A stretch of 63,497 nt of DNA, the filler included, from Choristocarpus tenellus KU-1152 (lineage: Eukaryota > Protista > Phaeophyceae), in NCBI GenBank assembly GCA_964200185.2. It is 12 parts of 12 records of this genome, joined end to end, with 100 filler letters (N's around TTAATTAATTAA, not from the genome) between each part and the next. Parts side by side here need not be neighbours in the genome. Positions count along the whole stretch, not along the records: positions 41,441 to 46,333 come from CAXNAD020012641.1; positions 46,434 to 56,644 come from CAXNAD020003076.1; 10 more parts are not named here. One strand, given 5' to 3'. This document shows, one piece after another, positions 41,630-54,460 of the stretch (positions within the stretch are counted from its first letter, which is position 1; the number at the start of each line of letters is the position of its first letter). A program made the translations under genes and the position numbers. The notes beneath the pieces are model-generated. The model did no database searches. It was not told the origin of the DNA and was given only the letters and a program-made list of their open reading frames with translations.

Positions 41630-43550
41630 TACCAACAACTCACTCTTTCGTCGTACAAAGATCCCCAAAACCTGCCCAAAGTATCGCTCAAGTACTGAAT
41701 ATTTTGCGTTCCACTGGTAGTATATTATTAGTATTATTATTGTTATTGTGAGGCCTGGAGACAATGCCCGCATCATTAGCATATAGATAAACCCCACAAT
41801 AGCCGCCCAATGTTGTCCCTCTCTCTGGTGCTCTTCCTCCTTTGATCGTGTTGTTTATTGTCATTCTTAGAGAGACAGACGGCCCAGAGATGACCTTCTT
41901 AACTCCCACACCTGGCACTGCAGACAAGAATATGTTGAAGAGGATTTGAGCAAGAAGACACCCCTGCCGAAGGCCCTGTCCAACTTGACTCAATCTGTTT
42001 ATTCATCATCATCCACGCGAGCACATGCCCTCATACCGTCATCGTGGAATTGGTAGATGACAGAGATCATCTTTGGAGGTATGCCAGATCTGGGCAGCAC
42101 AACCCACATGAGATCACGATCAACCAAGTCATATGCTTTCTACATGTCGATAAAACACACGAAGAAGGGCACATGCTTTTCCCAGGCAAGCCCTTGAAGG
42201 GCACATACAGGGCTCAAAGTATCTGGGGGGTGGGTGGCGGCTGTCCATTTGGGGTCCATTTGTCGATGTCGCGATTTTTGTGTGATTTGGAGTGAAAGTA
42301 TCTTAGAGGGTACAAATTTTGCTCTGTTTGTCCATTTGGGGCTTGGTTTCCCATGCGTGTTTTTATGACATTTTCCTACTCCAAAATCGTAACATTGGAT
42401 TTTGACCCCCAAATGGACGCAGCTCTACCCTCTAAGATACTTTGGCTCTTGGTTGCATACGTCGAATGGATGATGTAAGTGCACTTTTCCTGGCCATCCC
42501 CCAAAATGGACACCCTGGTGTAGACCGCCCCCTCACCCCTAGATACTTTGGGTCACAGTGTAAACAAGGGTAAAAGTATCTGGGGGGGGGAGGCGGCTGT
42601 CCATTTGGGGGACATTTTTCCATGTTATGATTTTTGGGTGATTCTGTTGCATGCTTCAGATGTGTAAGGTAAGTACACTTCTCCTGGTCAAGGCCCAAAT
42701 TGATAACTGGTTTAGACCCTCCCCCCCCCTCAGATTTTCGATCCTCATGTCCACTGTGGAGTGTCATTGTCGGAAACTGCACTATTCCTAATGAAGGATG
42801 TTCTCCTGTTCCAGGGAATTACCCAACCGCCAAGCAAGAATCGTTTGGAGGGCCTTGCCAGCACGTGCCCCCTGTAGCCACAATCACCGTGTTTCTTCTC
42901 GTAGAGCACGGTCATGACCTTATCTCTAGAGACCTGTAGCATGACTTCCTGGTTCCACATAGCCAACATAATCTTCTGGAACTCTTGAGAATGGCTATGT
43001 CCTCCTGTGGACCATGCTTTAGGAGCTCAGCTGGAAGATTGTCTAGTTCCATACCCTTTGATTTCCCATTGCCTAGAATGCTTCAGCCGCTTCTATCATA
43101 GTTCGAGGAGTAGTGATTGCAATGGATGTGACTTGTTGATTGAGAGGTTCAGAACTAAGAGGTTTGAGATCCGCCGACCTTCGTATTAAGGGTCACTGTA
43201 AACTAGCTCCTCCACTGTTCCATGATGGATGCTTGCTCCTAGAGTACCTGTCCAGACTTTTCATGGATGTACTGAGACATTGAAGTCTTCAGGAGTTGGT
43301 AGAAACTGGGTTTGGTGAACAACAAATATCTTCCTGGTGTAAGTGTCAAGAAACTCCTGATGACAGACACCCTCACCTACATTTATTTGATGCCTTTGCC
43401 AGGCTTCTTCAATGCCTTCTTGAACGTGGTATTTGGGGGTCTGTGTATAGTTGTGTCTATGGACATTCCCCTTCATCCCAGGGTTCTAGTAGATTTGTTT
43501 GGTCTTGGTCACTTGGAAACCCTCATCTATGCGTCACCCTTGTGAAGGGG
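41630..43550 (-). mobile_element. decayed RTE-type non-LTR retrotransposon RT, split by MITEs
   Basis: LDNLPAELLKHG, STVDM, FVCFIDM*KAYDLVDR, GLRQGCLLAQILFNIF and YANDAG (YADD-like) occur in order; interrupted at ~42211-42744. Confidence 0.88.
42211..42744. mobile_element. cluster of three MITEs (one nested)
   Basis: G-run variant 42211-42554 (flanks ACAG/ACAG) contains a short copy 42290-42448 (flanks TTG/TTG). A second G-run variant lies at ~42568-42744. Confidence 0.88.
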
Positions 43551-44401
43551 GAAGACTTTTAACACTATTACTTACCATTTGTATAGGGATGAGTTAGGGC
43601 CCCACGTCTTAAGTTGTACCATACTTTTGACTGTTTCCTACCTCGACAAGTAATCGATAAATCAGAGGCGAACGAATCGAAAAATAAAGTAGAATGAGGT
43701 ATAATTGGTATGTTTCGATTCTGACATTTTATGGGTTGTAAATATTTATGATTTATTTATCGAACGACTTTGAAGGATCATACTTCAAACTATATATAGT
43801 GTCATTACACAACACGAAATTCCTCTCTTTTGGTCACATCGGATTTGTATCTATTTCAATTGGATTGGACAAAAGATGCAAATCAATGTATAATTTAATT
43901 TATCGATAGTGAAATTAATCGTATAATGGGAACTTGAGGCCTCTTGGAAGTCAAATCTTCTTCCTACCAAAAATGTTGAGAAATGGAACTTTCCACTTTC
44001 GTTGAAAAAATGACAGTACATACAACTACTAGTATTATAAAACACGCACACACGTATATATATACGTGATCGTATGCAGTTGTGGGATCATCTATATAAT
44101 AATTATGGTTAGGGTTAATGCCTTTCGAAGAACCTTGCAACTACTACTACTTTGTGGTTGATACAATAAATAGAGGGTGTGCTTCGTACTCTCTGTTAGA
44201 CAGACCAAACAGGGGTAAAGAAAGCTTGACAGATTTGTTCTTTGTGATTTGACGATAAGGCCACTGTCTTGGTTGTAACGTGGTGTGATCTCTAGGTGGA
44301 ACTTTTTCGGCGATTTGTTAAGGTGACCTGTGGATTCCTACAAAGACAGGGTAGAAGGCCTAAGCGGAGTAAAGTGTTTCTATCTGCTTCATCGAGATAT
44401 C

Positions 44402-45765
44402 ATGGGGAATGCTACGTCTAGCGTGGCGGAGATCAAGATGAGGGGGGAAAAAAGCAGAGCTCAGCAGAAACTGGGGCATTCGATGGACGGAAGTGGGCGG
44501 CGTCCTGGTCTTTCGACACAAATTTCGTCCAAGCGGTTTAAGAAGGATGACCCCGGTGCGGAACAATGGAAGGTTAGTCTGCTCAGTTATACGTGGTGTG
44601 TTTGTTCCTGGCGAGGGCGATGTATGGGAGTTTCGTTTTGATACGATTTCGTGGAAGCATTATTCCCGTGATCCATCGTTGTATCATCTCTTGGTTCTCT
44701 GTTTGTGTGTTCTCGGCGATAAAATTTGCGGGATGGTTCATCTTGGGCTTGATTAGCAAGATTATTGAATATGGAATGGTAATGCTATCGAGGCCAAGTA
44801 ATACGATATCCGAACCCACGCCTCACCCCTGCATCTACGGCAGGGGTTTTGGTGATCGGACTCTCATTGTCGAGGTAGGTATAACAACCTGCGGCTGAAA
44901 TGTTTTCGATTCATGTGTAGCCGTGTGCCTTGCGGTCGAGACTAGCCTCTGCATGGCAACAGTACCTGATTCATGCATTGATGAGGCGTAGGGATCATTC
45001 TACATGAGAGAAGGCGATACGGATACTTCAAGTTTGTGGCCGACCCTCCTAATGATCTCGTCTTGCCCCATTCTTCTTCCCTTACACACCTGCTGCTCCG
45101 CAAACATTTTTCTTCCCTCGATCCTATCGCCAGTGCCCCCCAGCTGGTAGTCTCAATCGCTCGCTTGTTCCCTGCATTATGGAATGACTAGCAAACTCCA
45201 ATCATGGATCACCCTTTTCATCCTCACTTGACTAACACCTTGTGAAAATGGCTGGATATGACGTCTCTGGACGTCGCTAGATCATAGATATGCTGGGTTT
45301 TACACCACTGAGCTTGCTGCAAGCACAAAGGAAAATAGGTCCGAACGTCACCCTGGCGGTTCTCTCAAAGCACCGATAGTCGTAAGGCTTCTCAAGACGC
45401 CACTGTCGTCTGACCGTGTGCAGTGCTAGCCACCATGACAAACTTGGTCCGTCCCTGAAGTGGACGGAACAAGATCTCTGAAATATCTTATGCTCAGTCC
45501 TTGACGTACCTATTATACCACTTTGCTCATCCCAAGAGATACCTCCCGTAAATGTATATTGTATTGGTTTCCCCCGGTCCTTTTAACCTCTGCGTACCAA
45601 ATCGTAGATTTCATCCCTATGTGCAAGGCTAGAATGTTCCGTTCCCTACTGACTTAATGTTTGTTCTCTCACTTCCACCACCTCATCTATGTGCAGATCT
45701 TCAACGATCTCGATGTGCAGGATGACAAGATGATGCTGGAGCTGGCTGTGTTCCTCAACCGACTG
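44402..45765 (+). CDS. unidentified protein with N-terminal myristoylation-like motif, first two exons
   Basis: Exon 44402-44572 MGNATSSVAEIKMRGEK...AEQWK (donor GTTAGT) splices in phase 0 to exon 45697-45765 IFNDLDVQDDKMMLELAVFLNRL (CAG acceptor, GTGAG donor). Confidence 0.6.
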
Positions 45766-45827
45766 GTGAGGGGGCACACATTTTTTTAATACTGTGTACA
45801 TGACTTCGCCACACACACACAGATACA

Positions 45828-45972
45828 CAGACACACACACACAGACACAGACACAGACACAGACACACACACACACACACACTGCCAAGTCTTGTTGCCT
45901 AAAATAAAAAAAAGGGAATCGTTGACGTGGAACCTACTACTACCACCACTACTACTACTACTACTACTACTC
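45828..45972. repeat. microsatellites (AC)n/(ACAGAC)n and (CTA)n
   Basis: Directly visible. Confidence 0.95.
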
Positions 45973-46433
45973 TCTCCCATGATTTAAAAGTATATTTTTT
46001 TCATGTTTAAAAAATCCGAACGTACATGACATGTTTAAAAAATAAATAAATCGTATTGTGCAAGGCGAGATAGGGAACATGGCATATCCTTCCATCAGAG
46101 TTTATTTATTATGTATTATGTGAACAGACCAGACCACTGAAGAGATCACATTGCCGTGTGTTATGTAGAGATTGTTTTAGAGATAGAGCACTGGCATTGG
46201 TGTTTATAGGTTCAGGGATCCAGTGAGTAAATAAACACAAGCGTAACACAAGACCTTTTTTTTTTTTTTTTGGGGGGGGGGTGGCTGCGCTACTGTCAAC
46301 GACCACGGCGAGCTGGAGCCGTGTGCGTTGGAGNNNNNNNNNNNNNNNNNNNNNNNNNNNNNNNNNNNNNNNNNNNNTTAATTAATTAANNNNNNNNNNN
46401 NNNNNNNNNNNNNNNNNNNNNNNNNNNNNNNNN

Positions 46434-46589
46434 CCCCGCCTCTCCCCCCCCGCCCCCCCCCCCCCCCTGTCCCCCTCTCCCCCTCCCCTCCCCCCCCCCC
46501 CCCGCCCCCGCCCCCCCCCCCCCTCCTTCCCTTCCCTTCCCTTCCCTTCCCTTCCCTTCCCTTCCCTTCCCTTCCCTTCCCTTCCCCTC
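46434..46589. repeat. poly-C and (CCCTT)n low-complexity tract at contig start
   Basis: Directly visible. Confidence 0.95.
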
Positions 46590-46707
46590 ACTTACACTCC
46601 CTTCAAAAACCCTGCGTTGTCATCACAAGTCTGTAAACCAACCCCCGCAGATTCACCCTGAGACTGACCCACCCTGTTATTCTCCTGATTGGTTCCCTAA
46701 CTCACAG

Positions 46708-48335
46708 CTGGTACCTCTCAGTGCGCTGCATCCCACACATGCTGCCCAAGACCCCCTCATTCACTTCAACCAGGACTGGTTGGGGCAAGACTTTGCTTGG
46801 GGGGAGGCTGGAGCAGTCAAGACGAAGGAGCTGTGCCTAGATCAAAGACAATTCGCAAACGTGTCCAGGTAGAAAAGGCTTTTAAATGAGTAAATGTGGT
46901 GGTAATAGTAAGATTGAGAGGTGAAGAATGTGGATTAGTAGGAGGATCTCTTACGCCTATAGAACAGCCTACGTGGCGCAATTTCCTCGTGATATGTATT
47001 TGCCTTGCAACCAATTTCCCCACCCATCAACCTTGGCATCTGCTTAGTGCGCAGGGGAGCTAGAGACTGGGACAAGTGGCCTTGTTTGTGTGAACACAGG
47101 ATATGAAGATATGAAGATTCAAAATTGTCTGTTTATATTGCGATGTGTCTCTTGGCCTTTGATCCCTGTCCCCCCAAGTTATTATGTATTATTTCGAGAG
47201 GATTATTCAATCCTTCTGTTGTCAGGCTATGGTAGCTCTTGTGGCAAAAGGGGTCCAACTGACATGAGTGCTCAGACTGACTCTTGACAGTTCTGTATCT
47301 AAACGGGTGAAACCTGCAGTGGTTAAAGTGTGTGCTGGAAGCTCAGCAAACCCTACTTGTGCACCCCTCTATGACAATTAGAGCCAGTGCAAAATTGCAC
47401 ATCCCTAGCCGTTTGTTTACTAGCACACCACAGAGTTTCACATCGAGTAGGCGTTGCTCCAACCCACATGTAGGAGCAAGAAGTATACGGCCCTACACTG
47501 TGCCATCTGAAATCTTGCTTCATACCTACCTAGAAATATTTTGGAAAAATCTCAGACCAGCTAAAACAAAATCAGCCCAAGGCCGTCAGATTTTTCACAA
47601 CCCGTGACTGATGTTGCATATGGCCCTAGCTGTCGTACCCAAGAGCTAGGTAGGTTTAGAATGGTTCAGCCCTCATTGTTTCTGCATGATAGATCATAGC
47701 TCCACCGGCCCATCTTGTGGGTGTCTTCATAAGGAAGAGTAAGCAGACCTACAACGGTTGTCTTTGCCTACAACTGGGCATAACAAATGAAATCCTCGGG
47801 GAGGAACCTCAGCACATCCACTGGACCTACTGACACTCATAATGCTGAATAGTTTCCGCACAAATAGATTCAATCTGACCGAAAGCATTTAAGAGGGTAG
47901 GGTCGCATCATAATCCAATGGTGCGATTTTGATTAAATTTGGCTATCGTGTCTGTTAGCAAATATAAATATTCTTGCTCCAGATACACCTTTCATAGTCG
48001 TATACATTTTTGGTAACTGTGTTCACACAGAAAACCGAAAAAGAGCATAAAGAACCCGTGGGAAGTCAAGCCCTGAACGGACAAACAGGGCAAAACTCCT
48101 ACCCTCTTAAATGCTTTGACCCTCTGTGAGTCGGACCACATACATATCATTTGTCTGCTTGTTGTCCTCTGTAACCGCCTGTTCTGCATCAAGGTACATC
48201 CGGCAGGCCAGGGCACCACATTATGCCAACCTCCTTCGGCAGGCAGTTCATACAGATCATCAGGATCCTTCAGCTCCAGTGCTGGCCCTCTTTGCCAGGA
48301 AAAATATCAGTGCTGGAGAGGAGCTGCTGTTGTGA
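46708..48335 (+). CDS. SET-domain protein (SUV39/G9a-like), last two exons, degenerate active-site motifs
   Basis: Exon 46708 (or 46774)-46868 ...ELCLDQRQFANVS splices in phase 2 to exon 48194-48335 RYIRQARAPHYANLLRQAVHTDHQDPSAPVLALFARKNISAGEELLL*. Compare SET motifs CIDA..YGNxSRFINHSC.PN, HQD...P..A.F....I..GEEL. Confidence 0.8.
47877..48122. mobile_element. MITE, full copy (subfamily) in SET-gene intron
   Basis: TIRs GACCGAAAGCATTTAAGAGGGTAG / CTACCCTCTTAAATGCTTTGACCC; TSD TCT. Confidence 0.88.
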
Positions 48336-49039
48336 TGGTGCTTTGACGAAGACTTGTTACCTGGTTGCTGGTTTTGTGGCAAGTGCCGACGTTTGCATAG
48401 AGATGAGCATCCCTTGTACCCTGCAGACGGGAACCCTTTTGCCATTGACCTATTTTCTGAACAGATGTGTGTTACACAAAGAGGAACTGTCCAACATGCC
48501 CTGTCAGGACAAGGGACAAGGAGCTCCTCCTGGATGTAGCTTCGAGGCCCAGGCCGCCTGTCACTTTTCATCAACAATGGTGTTACTGCTGCTCCACCCG
48601 AGAGGATAAAGTGTGGCCTCTACAAGTGGTTTTTCAACCCCTCTAGTTTTGGCCTGAACACTATTTTGATGGAGGGTTTGAGGTGTCTTGGAACACAGTC
48701 GAAGGTATTTCTGAACAAGTGGAGATCGGGTGCTCAGTAGGGGTTCTAGCGACACAGAGTTCGGAACTGGTCCTTACACCATCATTGGAGTGCTGATTAA
48801 ATGCTCACCAATTAATAGTTAGCATTAAAAAATAATAACTTTTTCGAAACTGTGTAGTATTATATCCTTGACCTTTGCAATGTACCCTTACATTAAAACC
48901 GTTCAGAACAAGCCTATGGATTTGGTGGGTTAGTAGTGAAAGTCGTACCCAAGTGAAATGCTAACTGCACTTACTTGCTGTGATTGGAAAACTTTTGCCA
49001 AAGGTCAAGCGATGAGTGTGTGTAGTGGTGTGTGATAAT

Positions 49040-52000
49040 CAAATATTCCTTGTTGAAAACGGCTGGGTAAGACCTTTCGACAATTGCACTTCATTCAACA
49101 CATCTCCAGCATTGTGGCATTGAAAAGAACCGTGCCTACAGCAGGGTCCCTGAGTGTCCCTACCGAGTCCTTCCCAACTGAAGGATGACCAAACATGTAG
49201 GTCGTCAACTGGATTGATGGACGGGCAGCATTGAACCTTCGTATTGGTGCTGGTGCACACTGGACCCAATTGTTTGGTACACTTAACTGCTGAACTTTCA
49301 ACCTCCCCTCCTTAACCTTGTTCTTTTTTGGTTCAATGTTTTGCTTACCTTTTTTCCTTTCGTAAATTTATTAGGATTTCTGGATTGTTTCTGCTGGATT
49401 TCTTTGTTGCATGCCTCTATCTATTTCTGCTATTTTTCTGACAGAATTATTCTTTGTTTCTGCTCTGGTTTTATTGTATTTGAGAACGGGTTGGTGACCA
49501 TGTTGAATGTTGCTCCCTTCTCGATTACAACATCTATCTGCGCAAGTGTCTTTGAGTCTTCGACCACCATTGCATCGCACATTGAACGAATGTGCACGAT
49601 CCATCAATCAACCAAACAACCAATCAAATAGGAATGAGCGAAGGATTAATTTCACAGTAGTAATAATGTACTACAGAGTACTTGGTAATAACAACCGAAT
49701 TCCAGTATGGGGAATAACATTGCCTATTATGTGCAATTTAGCTGTGTTTAGTACTTCGAAATATTAGTTTCATCGTTCCAAACCCGCCGTCAGAGAGGTA
49801 ATTCGAAGAAAAAATGCAATTAGATGATGGAAATGCAAGCATTATTTGGGACCTACTTTCTCTTTGAACATATCGTTGTTAGTATGTCGCAATAGATAAT
49901 TACTTGATGGAAACTTGAAAGCAATAGTCACAAGTTACCCCCAGTTGCTTCAAGTCAACATCACACCACTACTATGAGTAATGTATCTATGTGATCACTG
50001 TTCAGGAATGACTATACTCCAATAATGGTTAGTAAATAATGGTTAGTGCTATTACATATATACTAATACTATTAATACGTAGTAGTACTGGCTGGGGGAA
50101 AGGTGAAGTGCTTGTGGAGTTGAGTGCGAAGATTAGGTCAGGAGGGGCTGAGAGTAGGTGTGATATAAATAGTTCATGATCTAAGAAATGTTTTTGGGGT
50201 CCTAAAGCTGGTTTGGTATGTTTATCATAATAACTGTGTGATTTAAAATTCGAGGGGAAAAAAATATCAGACTGTTGTGGACGGATGGGTCTGATTCGAA
50301 TATCTGTGACCGTAAAACTGAAATCCTCTAAACGTTAAATATTGGAGTCCAACAAAGGCAGGGAATTGAGGGAAACTGTGGGACTGATATGGGGGAGGCA
50401 TTTGCCAGCCTTAGGATGAGGTTGGTCAGTCCACACCAGCAACAGCCCTGCCAAGATTCTTGAGCGGTTGGAACTAAGGGAGGAAAAGAATGCAGCCGAG
50501 AAGCCTTGTTGCAGGACCTCAGAATGACCTAGTGGAGAAAGATTTTTGCTGTGTTGCAAGTCCTGGACATGGAGTCAATGGCGGAGGGTTAGCTCTCACC
50601 AGAAAAGGAAGACAACACTTAAACGCAAGGTAGTGAAGGGTCGTGAAGATCGTTTTATCTACTGCGCTGTTGAGGCGACACCCGTTTTCTTGAGTGGTCT
50701 TACCTAGAAAGTCTGTTGTGCAGACGGATATTATATAGGTTCTAGGCTGATTGGGACCGTGTTGCGATTGTTTCCTGCACCAAGAATGGTAATTTCATCG
50801 ATTTGTATGGGCACTGTTATATCCGTTCGCGGCAAACAATAATAGAGGTCATGTCATCAACTTAAGACAATATAACCAACCTACTCTGTGAGAGGACGGA
50901 AATTTTCCATACGTGACAATTTTTTTCACGCCAGTCTACTTATAAGGGTGGAGTAAGGACTTCAATGTATTACGACCACATGCACGGGTAGAAGGAATTT
51001 TGACCATAAGAAGGGATGTCAAGATGGACTCTGTCCCTCGGAACTAGTCATAAAGTGGGACTACCTATCAGTGTTTTACGTTTGCCGACAAAAATCGATT
51101 TGGTTCATAATAGGTAGAAGGTTTCGCCACCGATTTGTACGACTAACCACCAACCACCACTTCAACTAACATGGATGACTACAGGTACCAAATCAAGTAG
51201 GATTATTAGGGTAGATTAATTGACCTGTCTTCAGGGCTGGCTCTTCCAAAGTTGGTTGACCGACTTTCTCTCTCACAAAAAATGAAGATTGCCCGCACTG
51301 CTGTTGTTACATTTCCTGCGTAGGTAGCACCCTGCACAATCTGTGTCAACTCCACCGCACAATAAGGGACGTACATGACGTTGTCCACCATGAAAATCCT
51401 GCCGGTTAATATAGATCTGATCAACGTAAATCAGTTACAACAGGCGAATTGCGCTCTTTACGCGTGCCAAAATGCGCGAACAGTATACATAAAAGAGGAA
51501 CTTTGAATTGATATAAGTGCAGAATAAGATTCGAAATGCATACATAACCTTACAGAATAGACATCAATTCCTGAAAGTTACAGAATAAAGATTTATGATT
51601 GAGTATTTTACAGCAGTTTGCAGACGTCATCTAACTCTTTGGATGGATGTAGAAAAACGGCGAATGACGTTAATAAAAGGCTGAGTTGCTGACCACACGA
51701 CTCAGTACCTTATGATCCTTACCCTCTTTTGATAAAGCGAAAAGCGAAACATCGACTGAGCTAAGCATCATCTGTGGACCCCCGTAGCGTTATCTTAAGA
51801 TCGTTGAAATTGAGTTGCACATCCTGTGGAAGAAAGTTCTGGAGCGTGCTGTAACAAATCCACATATAATATTACGCTACATAAAACAGTAGATTCTCAA
51901 GGTCCTAAATTTCTCTGCTATCTTGAGGATTTGACAAGCATTATGTAGTAGCCTTCATTGTATTTTATTAATCAAGGTGGAACTCTAACTCGTTAGTCCA

Positions 52001-54460
52001 AACAAATACACAACCAAGAGGGTGTGGAAATTGAAACATAGACAAAGAAGGCCAAAAATATGTACCATGTATGGTTGATACCTCCTCCAACACGCTACCA
52101 AAAATGGGCACAGCCAGCACCCACAATGTTTGTTGATGATTCCAGTCATTCCATCTACGTTGTATAAATATATATTATGGAGGGGGGGCGACCTCTCACT
52201 GGATACATGACTCTACATTTCTCCAAGAGGGCGACTCTTTCACCAGGGAAATCCTTGGTATTGATTTGTTTATTCGCCACTTTCTGCTGAATCCCCCAGT
52301 CTCCCGACCACCCATCACGTGAGTCACCAGCTCATCTAGAAATTTCTCTGGCCTGTGATCGGTATAATGTTGTGTGCATGCAGTCCGATTATTCAAATTT
52401 AGAATGTATAAGAAAGTACACATTAATACAAAAAATATATATAGGAATAAGAAAAAAAAGGATTACATGTTGAGAAAAACACACTTGTAGGACCATCACA
52501 GACAATGGATCACAGCACCAGTGCCAAGGAGGTGTGTCCTCAACAATCTTTGTGCGTGGTGTGTCATCCCACTCCTGTTGCAAGCACGTATTCTGAGTGG
52601 TGGGCTGTTCACCATCAACAGATAACGAACCTTTTCTGATCTGGTCATCCATACCATACTGATCATCCATACCAATCGAGTTGTCTTGACTTGCAGACTG
52701 TGTAAAGAGTTCCGGTTGTGGACATGAACCCAGCCCCACCTATATGGTTATCGTCATTGTTTAGATATCTGATGTCATGCACATAAAGTACCTAATCAAA
52801 GTCGGTGGTCAGGTATATATTTGGCCATCCTCCTCGGCATCAGCCATCTACAAATGTTCTTGAGCATTGAAGCAGTCCTTGAATCCTGTTGTGACGCAAA
52901 TTGTGCTAGTATCCGAAAACCATCCACTCCAGCTTCAAGCAGGGCGGTGGTGAGATGATTTCTGCTTTCATCTGCTCCTACTGAGTTTGCTTGGTGTTGC
53001 TGTTTGTTATTGTTTGAAGCAAAAGAATACGACCAACAGTCAAATTGTCAGCCAAAAAAGGCGCTAAAAATGCAGTTATCAGGTGTGTGATGGATAACAC
53101 GCTTATTGGGAGAATATACCTCGCGAGATTGACTTTGTGCCAAGATCATGCTTGGAAACTCAGCAAACGACCCTGCCGTTACATTCGCACCAAAGTATGC
53201 TACAGAGGGGTGGTGTTGTTCACAACGGACCTCTGTGGCTGCCTTGTGAATATAAATTCTAAAGTTTCCTGTTTCTTTCAAATACTGCGTAAGCCTAAGA
53301 GGACAACCAGGATGCTGCTACGGGAGGGAAGGCCAGTCAACTAAATACTTGAGTTCTTTCTTGTCCCAATTGATATTTTGTGGATGAACTTCCGGGAAAA
53401 GAAGAAACGTAGAAAGCAGATAATACAATGAACGTAAAAAAAAAAGGGTTTTTAGTGCTTGCAATAAAGGCATCAATCATCCTGTTTCTGATTCCTGCTG
53501 TGCGTGTGGTACGGCATTTCTAGTCTTCGACTATTAATAGTGATATTTCCATTACTCCAACTCGAGATGTTGTCAACTATTACCCTATCATCATTCAGGA
53601 CAAGTGTCAAGTTTCTTCCAGATTTTATATCTATGTATAGGATGATCCTTCCACATTATAGAAATATTTATTATTCTGCCATATGACAAAACAACGTCTT
53701 TGATCATGATTGTTGTATTCCTTGTGAAAATGGGGTTTACTGAAGTTATCGATTATCATATTCCGTTAAACATGCAGCAATATGGGGAGTAGAGGAAAAT
53801 GAAGCTTCCACAGATCTCTGTACGACTCCTCTCTCCCCTGTAAGGATCGAAGGCCTGTAAATTTGTGATGTCAGCTATTTATTACACATACTCGAGGTAG
53901 GTGGTTACAATAATAGTTAAGAGCTTGTGTTTTAAGTATTTGTAAAATGACAGGAAAGTTATCACCACAAAACAATATAAATATATATATAGGTTCCAGA
54001 ACAGTTTTGCACATAGTTCAGAAGGGCTATATAAGCTACTAGGTGGTCCTGCTTCTTAAATATTAAACCGATTCCGACTGGTGTTCACCAAAGGGACACA
54101 GATGTATCTGTTGTATCATCCCAATCCACGCGATACTACACACCAGAATCAACTTCATATAACCACGTCCAGTTAGACTAAATCTGTACTGTGTTGGTTC
54201 ATAATACGGAGAGGCAAGGAGTCAATGCAGGCGGCACCAATGCGTGACTGATGGGATAAGTTCTTCATAAACAAGTCAAGCCAGAGAAGCAATGGTAGCT
54301 AAGGTAGGTCATTCTAGCGGCAACTAATTCTACAACTCAAGGAGTTTGAGTGCGTGTCCACTTTCTTGGTTCCTATTGCCTGTCGAATGTTGATCTTTTC
54401 ATTAGAATTTTCTTGGGCTTTTCTTTTTATCCAAAATATCCTAGCCAGGGGTGCCGCCAT
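49040..54460 (-). pseudogene. unidentified decayed multi-exon gene or intron-containing transposon gene
   Basis: One frame at ~53395-52790 runs ~200 codons with only three isolated stops. Several AG/GT-bounded exon-like blocks follow (~52350-52200, ~51850-51725, ~51417-51276). No family recognised. Confidence 0.35.
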
